Shown here piece after piece: positions 41,203 to 55,912 of a stretch of 64,000 nt of DNA. The DNA is from Octopus vulgaris (lineage: Eukaryota): contig OX597822.1 in NCBI GenBank assembly GCA_951406725.2, forward strand, positions 4,216,001 to 4,280,000, given 5' to 3'. The translations under genes were made by a program, and so were the position numbers. The first letter of the stretch is position 1, and every line of letters starts with the position of its first letter. The notes under the pieces are model-generated. The model did not search any database. It was not told where the DNA came from and saw only the letters and a program-made list of their open reading frames with translations.

Positions 41203-42336
41203 TGCTAGCTGCTAAGCGAAACAATAAATATATATTTAATACTTAGGCATGATAGATATGAACACTGCTTGGCCAGAGGTATTTAGCAATAAGTTCTTAT
41301 TTCTGCTACCTTCAAGGAATGGAAAATAGCACCTGTCACATCCGTGCCTTCCCTAAAGGCTTCGGCGAAATGAGTGAAATGTATTTATAATCGATGAACC
41401 TAACCTGGATCATAGAACAGGTTTTCTAGTGAGCGATTACTAGCAGCACTTATTTTCGCTGTTTCGTCCCGGTCCATCCGACCCTAAGTGAGCTGATCTA
41501 CAATCAAAAGCATTTCAGCTGTGATCATATTGTCCACCAACCATTCTTCTCAACTAAAGCCTACACTTGATCCTGTCTTTAAGGCTATGGTGTGATTTAC
41601 AAAATACTTAACAGCTGTTATTAACCAGTAAGCGACTGCAGTCAGTTTGTTGTATTTTGTTGTGTCTTCATGCATTCTGAGTCAAAATTCCTACAAGAGT
41701 TTGATCCAGTGTTATCTTTCATTTCTCCAGAATCGACCAAAACTAGAAATTGTGGAGTGGATCCATTGACTATATCTGCTCTGAAAAAAGTACGACTTTG
41801 TTAAACGTCAAAATTATGCAAAACTTAGCAAGGATTTCATTTTTTTAAATATTATGAAGTCACAAAAATCAACTGATGAGACTTCGTAGTAAAACAGGTC
41901 ATAAGCAGGCATAACTGTTGTAGTTCAGGAATTCCCTTCACAACCGCAAATCCTTAGTCGTTGTTCTAAAATGAATATGATTTGGTAACATGTACCACGT
42001 TTTTCATTAACTCTTTTAGACGCAAGCAGACATAGACAAGACATTCTCTCGGTCACAGTGAGACAGAAACGTTGTGACAGCTGGTGATGGAGAGATAGAG
42101 ATGGAGACAGACACAGAGGCAGAGACAGAGGTGGCGAGAGCTGCACCAACACTCGGCTGTTTACACATTTGCAACTAAATAGACCGGAATAATGTGAAAT
42201 GAGGAGAATAGAATGCACCGCCCAAATCTATGAGTATATTTGATCTTGAAACAAAACTTTAACAACAAGATCGTGAGCAAACATTTGTGTGTGTATGTGT
42301 GTGCGTGCGCATATAGATAAATAGATAGATAGATAA

Positions 42337-44520
<2,184 letters not shown>

Positions 44521-44675
44521 TTAGTAGCCCCCCCACCAACATGACCTCCCGTCTACCAAATCTTCTCAAGGCTTTTGTCGGGTCAAGGCTATAGTTGAAG
44601 ACCCTTGCCGAAGATATCACGCAAGTGATTGGGAAGCAAACCTCTTACCACAGTTCATGTGTATGCATGTGTGTG

Positions 44676-44725
<50 letters not shown>

Positions 44726-44822
44726 TTCAGCAAAATTTAGATTCAGATGAATATGGTTCTTAAGTTAAAGGCACCAGAATTTTGTATGGTATTATCCATA
44801 TAAATCAAATGGGGTGATTAGA

Positions 44823-45087
44823 ATCAAACTAAGCAACAAGGATATCCAAGGTAGAGTAGTACAATTGTTTCATACTACTTCATTTTATTAAACACCCTCT
44901 TCATAATGTTGGCAAATGAAATAGGGATAAGAATGTGCATTGTCCGTTTAATTGGAAAATTCTATATGTGGCTGAAGATTGCTCGGCATTTTAAAACTGA
45001 AGTAATACTTACTGTGTTTAATAAAATGAAGTAGCATGAAACAATTGTATTACTCTACCTTGGATATCCTTGTTGCTTATTTTGATC
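44823..45087. repeat. About 72-bp inverted repeat with hammerhead-like tail GAAACAATTGTA
   Basis: 44823-44894 versus 45015-45087; core decayed to CTGAAGT at 44997. Confidence 0.7.
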
Positions 45088-45599
45088 ATATACATATATG
45101 TGTGCACTCACACACATATATGTATGTATGTATATATGTTTGTATGTATGTTTGTATGTTTGTATGTATGTATGCATTTATGTATGTATGTGTGTGATGG
45201 CTGTCAGCTCCTTGCAGATCTTGACCTCTTCTAATCTTGACCTCTTCTTATTCATATAATTTCTCTTTCCTAGCGTGAGATCTTAAATGACATTTGTCCT
45301 GTAAGACGTTTGAAGAGCTGATCGCAAATCCTGCAGAAATGTCTAATTCCAGCATTGGTTCCGTTTTCTGCTTGTTCATTGTAAATGCTCAAGAGCCTCT
45401 TCAGTCCTCCACGTGACTTGCAGGTTTTTTGACAGACATAGTATTAAAACTGGTCATCTAGAATGAAATTCCAATCGTTCATATGTTCCTTGCTGGTGCA
45501 ATCTCATACCAGCGTGAAATATGCATAATTTTGTCCACAAGGAACATTTAAAGAAGGAATATGAGAAACACGTAATTCTATTGATATTAATCGAATTTT

Positions 45600-46010
45600 T
45601 AAGAAATTCTTCTTTCGTTTCAGCGTACTTAACTCTATCAAGCTCAAAATCTTTAACACCCTTCTAAACCATTGCTCTCCGCCCTTCTTTATCTGCCGTA
45701 AATAATTCAAGACTAATTAAGACATTTCAAATTTGATTTTATAGAAATTTTGCATCTTCGGTTTACTATTTTTTCTCTTTCCCAGCATACGCTCACCATA
45801 AAGCTTTTTGTTCAAGAATGGGCTCATCGCCCGTACGGATGCGATGGCCTGTCCATCGTAGCTGATTCTTAATAAGCATGGCTTGAATTGATATGATCCT
45901 AGTTTCAGCAAGAACCGCAGTGTCAGGAATAAGTGAGGACCCGCTTATTCTGAGTATGTTGCGGAGGTATTACTGGTGAAATCTTTCCAACATTTTTACA
46001 TGAAACGTGT
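45600..46010 (-). mobile_element. RTE-clade LINE remnant
   Basis: AMLIKNQLRWTGHRIR and KKLYGERMLGKRKNSKPK match the RTE LRWxGH...LYGEL...G-R motifs. Confidence 0.7.
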
Positions 46011-47954
46011 ATATTTTCCAAATTTCAGAAGAATAGAACGGTGCAGAAACAACAAATGAGACGTATCCTATGATCATAGTGTTAGTTTTGACACATCTCT
46101 GAGACCAGACTTTAGGTCACCTCACCCTGCCTGTCTCAATCCTATCAAATATTGATTACTTAATTACCAAAAATACAATCTATATCTGGAATTATTTTTC
46201 CAACTTATTGTAGGTTATTTATACACGAAGCGAAGAGACTCTATTTTATAGATATTTCAGCTTTACTAACTAAAGACCAAATTATCGTGGCTGGTTGGTG
46301 ATGCGGTTAAGGGTGTGTTTATATCGAGTCAAAATGTGGTCTGTCGTTGTGACAGAAGTATAAGAGCCAAGATGAGTAATAAATATTGAAGTCAGAGCAG
46401 CAGTTAAAGCTTAATAAAGATGTCATTACATCCCCTTCCGGGAGGAATATAGACCCCAAAGAAACCGGTAGACCGAGTCTATGTCCTTTATGGAGTAATG
46501 TGAAGTAACCAACCAACCATATTAATAATATCTTGAATCAATTCACTGGATTTATGAATGCAACACGGCACTCAAGCAAAGTTGTATAGATAAAAAAATT
46601 CCTATTGCAACCACCAGGTTCTGCCTGGATTCGATCCCACAACGCAGAACTTTGGGAGCGTGTTCTTCCACTATAACGTCGGGTTGACCACTAGAAATCT
46701 AGTAGAACGGAAACTGTGAAAAGTTGACGTCGAATATATCACTAATAATCTTCATGACTTAATTACTAGAAAAAAGAGACATATGTCACAGAATTCAATT
46801 TTCATTTCAAATCATTTAATGCGAAGCTAATGAAAGCAAGTTTTTATTTCATATCGATCAAAAATGCTTCGTTAAATGAAATTACAAGTCTTAAAAAATT
46901 ATTGAGAATTTGTAGGTGAATATTAATTAATATCGATTTTAGAACATTTCATTCCACACTGTAATATATGTATATCTAATCAGCACGACTGTAAGGTGTA
47001 TCATGTATGATAGCAACACTAACTGATTACAATTGTATAAATATTTACAAAAAGGCCTCGGAATGTATATCCATTATTCATCACTCATGTACAAGGTTAC
47101 GTGTACAAATTCTAGGGATGAGATGGTCGCTGAAGATCTGAAAAGTTATTGGGGCCCTTTCTCTGTCTTGATTAGACAAAAAAAAATCGTCCCAGTATTT
47201 GTTTCTTTATATTGAACCTGAAAAGATCAGGTGAACTCGAGCAAGATGTGAACGCAGAACTTAAAGAGAAGTAAATAAATAGTTAAGCATTTTTCAGTTG
47301 CCATACACCGGATATCAAGTATATGTCGGATATTCTATCCGCCACACCGGATATGCGAATATGCCACCCACCATTCCGGATATGTCCTCGGAAAATTTTA
47401 ATTCAATCTAAAAAAATTCGATAAAACTTCATGAGACAAGTACAAATTTGAAATTTTAAATATATTGTAATTGCTTTCAAAAACTTCAAAATTTGAAATA
47501 AATTTACACGGCTTCAGGCAAAGCATCTGATAAAGACTGTCTGTTGGCCAGTTCTAATTTAATTGACATATTCATTTAATGTAATATTCAATATGAATAT
47601 CGTACTTGTTTTAAAATTTTTGAAAGAGCAAGTAGCGCAAATTTAAAAAAATAATAGCCCAGATACTACCAAACCCTTTATTTCTATTTATTTTCACTAT
47701 TTAGTCAACGAGGAAGGTGGCCGATTTGATCCTTAATTTTTCAAGGTTTCTGACAAAGGGAGCAAGTTAGCCTCAAACTGGGAACCTAACCCGAATGATT
47801 GCAACAGAATCTACTCTGCCAGAAGCACTCAGGTACCTATAATTAGGTGTATGCTTGTGTTTGGATGTGGATGTGTGTGTGTGCGTGTGTGTGAGTCGGT
47901 AAGTCTGTGTGTATAACTGTATGCGATAAATATATACATATATATATATATATA

Positions 47955-48110
47955 TAGTAAATCCCCAAAAAATAACGAAGAACAAACACAAAAAACAATA
48001 ACGCGAGGACGTGTACAAAGAACATATTAGCTTGCTGCTCAGTGAAAAGGAGGTTGACGTTTCGAGCTGAGCTCTTCATCGGAAAGGGGGAAGAGAACAA
48101 TCCAAAGAAG
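47955..48110 (-). mobile_element. Short Penelope-like element with hammerhead-like motif (48053-48086)
   Basis: CCGATGA A GAGC tca GCTC GAAA CG TC on the minus strand. Confidence 0.55.
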
Positions 48111-48189
48111 GAAAAGAAACTGCCAACAGCATGTGTGTAGTTACATTACTGAAGCGACCGGAAATAGAAAGAGATAGAGAAAGTGGTTT

Positions 48190-48815
48190 TTAGTCTGCTT
48201 CCTTTTTGATGAGCTTAGTTCAGCAGTCCACAAGGCTGCGTATTCCGTCTATGAAGAAGGTTTTCGGTTGGTCGTGCAACCATTTATGCACCGTTTCCCC
48301 CATATCTTCATTCGTAGGAAATCAACGACCTTGTAAACCATCTTTGAGCGGTCCTAAGATATAATAGACGGAAGGGGCGAGATTTGGCCTGTAGGCAGGG
48401 TGTTTCAACAACCTCAAAACCCATTTGGTTAATGGCTTCAACGGTCTGGACGGCCGTGCGTGAGGGTGCATTGTCATGCAACAACAAAGCTTTCTTCGAC
48501 AATAGGTTTCAGCGTTTGGTGCGAACTGCTGGCTTCAGTTTGTTGGTCAGCAAAACACTGTACCTTGCACTGTTGATCGTGCACCCCTTTTCCAGAGAAA
48601 TTGGATCAGTGCTCTTCGTTCGTCTTTGGTGCACATTGCTAGTGGGGTGGCCAGGTTTACACTGTAAAACCTGAAAGAAAAATGGTGTGATTAGGTTCAA
48701 ACTTCGATCATGTGACCACAATAGTACCAACTATAAGCACGCATGCGCAGAAGGCAGTGTGACAATAATAAAGATATGTTATAGCGAAAGTGCGGATATT
48801 TTTTTTACTTCCCCT

Positions 48816-48817
<2 letters not shown>
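48190..48817 (-). mobile_element. Internally deleted mariner element
   Basis: TINSARY, ALLLHDNAPSRTA motifs; terminal CGAGGGGAAGTAAAAAA. Confidence 0.85.
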
Positions 48818-48864
<47 letters not shown>

Positions 48865-49083
48865 GCAAATAGAAAATTTAACTATTTCTCTGTAGACTGA
48901 AAAACTTTATGAAGAGCCTTAATCTATAATCGGGTTACCATCAGTGGTATCTAGATCAATTTGACCAAACGCAGAGAAGTAACATAGACTGACAAACAGA
49001 CAGACATACAGACAGGCAAGCAGACAGAGAGACATCAGGACAGATACATAGTTAGATAGACAGACAGAGAGATAGACAGACAA

Positions 49084-49217
<134 letters not shown>

Positions 49218-49872
49218 CACAGCTTCGCAGCGTAGAAAACAACAGAAGCGTTTCAAATCGATCGTATCAAATATGAAATAGGTTAATTTGCCCACGACGA
49301 ATAAATTCCAAACATTTACAATATACAGACAATAAATAGAATGCGTAAATATTTAAATGCAGAACACATCGGCAGCAGATTCTAAATGGATTACCTTACC
49401 AACATATGCTTTTAATGCTGGTTTTAGCACCTTCTAGATTACCGTATATGCAGTCATGAGATCTAGGATATCGTGCAATAACATTTGTTGTTGGTACAAA
49501 GCCAAATATCTTTCCAGTATTACATGGTATTGCGTTGCGTATTAGATTCCCATGACATTAGGGATATCGTGCAATATCCTTTGTTTCTGGTATATCTCCA
49601 AATGTCTCTCCGATATTATATGGTATTGTGTTACGTAATAGATTTCCATTTTCAGTATGGAGTTGTCAGTGATTCTAACCAGAACCAGAGTTTAGTTACA
49701 ATAGAAGAGAATCTATTTGATGAAAGATCTATTTCGGCAATAAATTACACCTTACCAGGTCACTATTTAAAGAGAAGATGCTGCTGTTGTGCAAATGCAA
49801 GGGACAGTAAAAATCAGAAATAGTAATAATGCGTGAACGCATCAGAGTCGATCAAGTCAATGAGAACCTAAT

Positions 49873-49916
<44 letters not shown>

Positions 49917-50852
49917 AACAAATTGACAGAGACAAAGAAAAACAGCAAAACAGAGACAGAACAGCAAGAGAGAGAGACAGAAAGACTAACAGATAGACAC
50001 CTCGTCAGACTAAAATAAAAGGGTAGAATTCATACTGATTTCAAATTCTGGTGCAAGGCCAGCAATTTCAAGGGTATTGGGTAAATCGATTGCATCGACC
50101 CCAGTGCTCAACTGGTACTTATTTTATCTACCCCGAAAGGACGGCCTCGACGGAATGTTAACTAAGTGCGTAAAGACGGACGAAATGCCACTACGCATTT
50201 TGTCCGGTTCACTAACCATTCTACCAGCTCACCACATTAATTTAAATATTTCATAAATTATTACTTTGCAAGAGGAAAACTCCAAAATTCTTGCCGGCGT
50301 GGCTGTGTGGTAAGAAGCTTGCTTCCCGATCACAATAAGATTATTAAAAATATATAAGGTCCTTCCCGAGTTATATAGACTCATAGATCCGGTTTCCCAG
50401 TTTCCATGATGTATAAAACAGACGAAATACGGCTACGCATTTCGCCCGGTGTCCTAACGTTTCTGCCAGCTCGCCGCCTAACCTCCACTACTGATAATAG
50501 AGGAAGGGGTAAAAAGAAGTGGTCTTATGCTGTAATTGAAATGTTATCGCAATTTATTAGAGTATTTACAAATCGTTGAAGAAATACATCGATAGAAATT
50601 CAATTTTCTTTATTAGAAAACTTTGCTCGATTGCTCTTCTGTTTAGTGTCTTGCTATCTTATTTTCATTTACGTGTGCGTACGTTTGTTAATTGATAGTT
50701 AATTATACTATATACTCATTTCGAGCTGTATTAGTTCAAGGCATATAGATTAATAGCATCACCAACTTACTAAAGATTAAGTGGTAATTTGAATGTGATT
50801 GTCAATTCAAGTGAAAACATTCTTTTTAGCAGAAATATATTCTATGAGCGGA

Positions 50853-51066
50853 AGGCGGCGAGCTGGCAGAAACGTTAGCACGCCGGGCGAAATGCGTATC
50901 CGTATTTCGTCTGCCGATATGTTCTGGGTTCAAATTCCGCCGAGGTCGACTTTGCCTTTCATCCTTTCGGGGTCGATAAATTAAGTACCAGTTACGCACG
51001 GGGTCGATGTAATCGACTTAATTCGTTTGTCTGTCCTTGTTTGTCCCCTCTGTTTAGCCCTTGTGG
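50853..51066 (+). mobile_element. SINE B2 (in duplicated segment)
   Basis: Near-identical to 53028-53245. Confidence 0.85.
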
Positions 51067-51101
51067 ATACACACACACATATATATATATATGCGTGTGT
51101 A

Positions 51102-51132
<31 letters not shown>

Positions 51133-51824
51133 TTGTGTCTGTGTTTCCCCCTCCCCCCATCACCGCCTGGCAACTGGTACTAGTGTTTTTATGGTCATGT
51201 AACTTAGTGGTTCGGTTAAAGAGCATGATAGAATAAGTGTCAAGCTTTAAAAAATAAGTCGTGAGGTCGATTTGTTCGACTAAAAGCTTGTGCTCCAGCA
51301 TGGCCGCAGTCACATGACTAAAACAAACAAAAGAATAATAGAATGATTATAACATAAATTATAAATAAACTCTGTTGAGCGTGTGTTATGTGTGTTTGGA
51401 AGCATGTGCGATTTGGTTTCTCTTTTTTTTCTCTCATAACATTTCATACAGATCTACTAATTATTTTATTATGCAGATCTCAACTAAGTCTGTGACTTAA
51501 TTTCAATTCTCGCTTAGAAGTTTATCATTTCACTTCTTCTCCTTTATTATTAGTACACCACTATCACATCACGTCGTTCTTGTGATTTTCTTAACGATTG
51601 GGTTCAGATGAAGGAGTAGTGCGCTTGTCTACGCCCACCAATGCCAACGATGTAAGCAATAAACATGATTGACTCACCTTCACACTGCATGCGATGATAA
51701 TATGCTAGAGACAGCCCTAAGCCCAAAACTCAACTATAACTTTCATTCCATTCAAAACTGCGATGTTGATACCAGTTGTAATTGAAACTAGATACACTGA
51801 CAATAAGATTATTAAAAATATATA

Positions 51825-52072
51825 AAGGTCCTTCCCGACTTATATAGACTCATAGATCCGGTTTCCCAGTTTCCATGATGTATAAAACCCCCACCTAGAC
51901 GGGACGCCGGTCCTTCACGGGATTACTCATTTTTGTCAGCCGAGTGGACTGGAGCAGCGTGAAATGAAGTGTTTTGCTCAAAAACACAACGCGTCGCCCG
52001 GTCCAGGAATCGAAGCTGCAATCTTACAATCATGAGTCCAACACCCAAACCACAAAGCCATGCACCTGCACT
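51825..52072 (-). mobile_element. SINE, head D + tail V
   Basis: Central block matches 1325-1370; tail matches 1835-1915. Confidence 0.75.
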
Positions 52073-52075
52073 ACT

Positions 52076-52635
52076 GATAATCCTTTCTACTATTGGCACA
52101 GGGCCTGAAATTTTGGAGGGAGAGGACCAGTCGATTACATCGACCCCAGTGCGTAACTAGTACTTATTTCATCAACCTCGAACGGAAGGATGGCAAATTC
52201 GAACTCAGGGCGTAAAGGCGGGCGAAATACCTATTTCTTTACTACCCACAAGGGGCTAAACACAGAGGGGACAAACAAGGACAGAAAAACGGATTAAGTC
52301 GATTATATCGATTACCAGTGCGTAACTGGTACTTATTTAATCGACCCCGAAAGGATGAAAGGCAAAGTCGACCTCGGCGGAATTTGAACTCAGAACATAG
52401 CGGCAGACGAAATACCTATTTCAATTTCTTTACTACCCACAAGGGGCTAGACACAGAGAGGACAAACAAGGACAGGCAAATGGATTAAGTCGATTACATC
52501 GACCCCCGTGCGTAACTGGTACTTAATTTATCGACCCCGAAAGGATGAAAGGCAAAGTCGACCTCGGCGGAATTTGAACTCAGAACGTAGCGGCAGACGA
52601 AATACGGCTACGCATTTCGCCCGGTGTGCTAACGT
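52076..52635 (-). mobile_element. SINE trimer B2-B2-B1
   Basis: Two GAAATA|GGTATTTCG junctions at 52417/52416 and 52232/52231. Confidence 0.85.
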
Positions 52636-53027
52636 TTCTGCCAGCTCGCCGCCTAACCTCCACTACTGATAATAGAGGAAGGGGTAAAAAGAAGTGGTCT
52701 TGTGCTGTAATTGAAATTTTATCTCAATTTATTAGAGTATTTACAAATCGTTAAAGAAATACATCGATAGGAATTCAATTTTCTTTATTAGAAAACTTTG
52801 CTCGATTGCTCTTCTATTTAGTTTCTTGCTATCTTATTTTCATTTACGTGTGTGTACGTTTGTTAATTGATAGTTAATTATACTATATACCCATTTCGAG
52901 CTGTATTAGTTCAAGGCATATAGATTAATAGCATCACCAACTTACTAAAGATTAAGTGGTAATTTGAATGTGATTGTCAATTCAAGTGCAAACATTCTTT
53001 TTAGCAGAAATATATCCGATGTGTGGA

Positions 53028-53259
53028 AGGCGGCGAGCTGGCAGAAACGTTAGCAAACCGGGCGAAACGCGTAGCCGTATTTCGTCTGCCGTTACGTTCT
53101 GGGTTCAAATTCAGCCGAGGTCGACTTTGCCTTTCATCCTTTCGGGGTCGATAAATTAAGTACCAGTTACGCACGGGGGTCGATGTAATCGACTCAATCC
53201 GTTTGTCTGTCCTTGTTTGTCCCCTCTGTGTTTAGCCCCTTGTGGGAAGTAAAGAAATA
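53028..53259 (+). mobile_element. Full-length SINE B2 with imperfect 16-17-bp TSD
   Basis: TATATCCGATGTGTGGA (53011-53027) versus TATATCCGGGTGTGGA (53260-53275). Confidence 0.9.
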
Positions 53260-54259
53260 TATATCCGGGTGTGGATGCTTTGCCGCTTTTAGAAACGGTG
53301 CAGAGGAATTGGTCAGTTTGAAGATGTTGGCATCATTTTATTCCTCGGTGTTGTTTTTGCATTTGTTTTATATTCTTTTTTGTTTGTTGGTTGTTTGTTT
53401 CTTTTACAAATGAAGGCCAGTAAAAGTGAATGAACAAACCTATACTGCGAATGTGTCGCATGTTATGAATATGAAATTTTCCCAAGAGGGACAGGTTCCA
53501 GTCTTACGTGAAGTTGTTGTCTAAGCAGTCATCTCAGATCAAGAAAAATTATAAATAAAATAGACCTGTAACTATCACGTGTTAATTTTCTAGCATTTTT
53601 TTTTCGAACATAATGTATCTAGAACTATGTAATCGAATCTAGGTTTATATTATCAAGTCGGTAGATTGTGAACTGAGGAAGATTTGTTTTGGCTGCTATT
53701 TCAAACAGGTTGAGCACCCATGCAGAAATGTTCTCGTTTGCTACAAAGTTATAACTGCGACCAAAAACGAAGTTGAAGTCATGACGTTTATATTATTTAT
53801 GGCAACACATCATCAAAGAACAATGGTCTGAGAATTAACATACATTTAATGTCAATCGTGATGATCCCCACAATGCACAGTTTAATAACCTCGGGGTTGT
53901 TGGAGAAAACAGATTTGGGGGGACGGGGATTGAAACTCGCATTTTTTTTTCGGAGGAAGGAAAGCCGTGTTCATAACTTTTTCAATGCCTCCGAGACAGG
54001 TGCATGGATAAGGGAATTTAACCTGAGACCAGTAAACTGACTCATAAGCTTACAACACAATGGGTTTCGTTAAACTCAAACAAGGAACTGGTGCTGGCAT
54101 AACCTGGGTAACATCTTAAGTCTACAACCCAAAAAGGGAAATAGGCCACCCTGCTGTGTTTTATACTATTTTCGTCAACACTCACAGTGCTTTAGTCGAA
54201 CTGGTATTTATACAAGAATAAACTTGCCGAAGGCAACGCGCAGTGGGCTGGCTAACCAA

Positions 54260-54337
<78 letters not shown>

Positions 54338-54339
54338 CT

Positions 54340-54492
54340 GGATCTTTCCTTCTCCTATGTTTCCGACGAAGAGCTCCGCTCGAAACGTTAAACCCTCCTT
54401 CTTTCCTTCTTTCCTGAGCGTCCAATAATACTATATTTGTTCCACATCCTCGCGTTGTTGTGTTTTTTTGTGCTTTCTAATTTGGATTAACT
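54340..54492 (+). mobile_element. Short Penelope-like element in (TA)n with hammerhead-like motif (54359-54393)
   Basis: GTTT CCGACGA A GAGC tcc GCTC GAAA CG TT AAAC. Confidence 0.6.
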
Positions 54493-54575
54493 ATATATAT
54501 ATATATAAATTAGTAAATAAATGGCACAACTAAGTACCGATATTTACTGGAAATAGCGAACGTAAAATTACGACG

Positions 54576-54693
<118 letters not shown>

Positions 54694-55493
54694 CATACAT
54701 ACATACATACATACATACATACATACATACATACATGCATGCATGCGTACATACATACATACACACCATACATACATGCATGCATGCATACATATATACA
54801 TACATCTGCAGTACTAATGCTGTTTCCAACATTTGGAATACTTGTCTGGTCTATAGAAGAAATTCACTCCACAGATTATAAAACCTGCAAGATGCTGACA
54901 TCAACTGAAAATCTCCACAAAAACAGTAATGTCGACAGGCTCTGCCTAAGAAGAGATAATGGAGGTAGGGGCTTGAGATAAGTGCAGAGAGCCTTCGAAT
55001 GTCGCATAGCCTCTCTCAGGCAGCACTTTCTAAACAACAGCAGCAAAAATACATACATTAACTTAGTGCTGAAAAATGAAGAAAACAATATCCTCTCTTC
55101 CTGATTACCTCCCATACAACCCCAAATCAGCTGGATCAGCATACTTGAAAGAAGGCCAAGAAGTGAAATGACCAAGCATGGGTATGTTCCGCGCAGACTT
55201 CAAGAAGATAGTGACACTGGCATGAAACGAAGCCTCCCTTGGACTCGTGACCGCTACACCACATCAGTCTTCGAAGGCTATGCATTTGCAATCCAAGAAC
55301 AGGAGATTGCTAGTAAATACCTAATCAAAAGAAGAGACAGTGAAGTCTTTGGAGTTCCAAAATGCAACCGTAAATGGAGATTATGTCATATTTCTGTGGA
55401 ATACATCACACATGTGATTAGTAGCTGCCCAAAAATGTCATCAAGGTACGACCTCCCTTTCCGACATGACTTCGCTAAAACAATATACAATGA

Positions 55494-55740
55494 TATTTCG
55501 TTTTGGGATTTGGTTTGCAAGATTCGTTATGAGTTCGTGTGTTGAAGCATATTCTGTTGTGTCTGGGGAGAGTCATTTTCTTTTTGTGCCTTATTATTTA
55601 ACACACTCACCGGTAAAATTTCCACTTATTTCTTATTTTTTATTTTCTAAAAATAAGAAATAAGTGGAAATTTTACCGGTGAGTGTGTTAAATAATAAGG
55701 CACTAAAAGAAAATGACTCTCCCCAGACACAACAGAATAT
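55494..55740. mobile_element. Fold-back short element (92-bp arms, 8-nt loop) with flanking duplication
   Basis: Arms 55549-55640 and 55649-55740; AATATACAATGA at 55482-55493 and 55736-55747; unfolded relative at 22686-22806. Confidence 0.8.
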
Positions 55741-55912
55741 ACAATGACATTCGGAAAAAATACAATCCTGGAATAAATATATAGAATGCTCTTGTTATTG
55801 AAAACATTCGCAAATACCAGCACAAGAAATACTGGTGTAACATTCCCATCAAAACATGTCGAGTATAAACATAACAGGCCGGATGTTGTTTGAGATGAAC
55901 AAGAGAAAGTAT

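Noticed and set aside
41872-41901. CTGATGAGACTTCGTAGTAAAACAGGTC, hammerhead-like
   Set aside because: GAAA core is broken and stem I does not pair; at best a decayed relic
47295-47678. Possible DNA-transposon ends with repeated CCGGATAT motifs
   Set aside because: TIRs too decayed and no TSD visible
49466-49650. Two tandem units of about 94 bp overlapping ORF 49485-49823
   Set aside because: Only two diverged copies and no recognisable protein motif; ordinary local duplication
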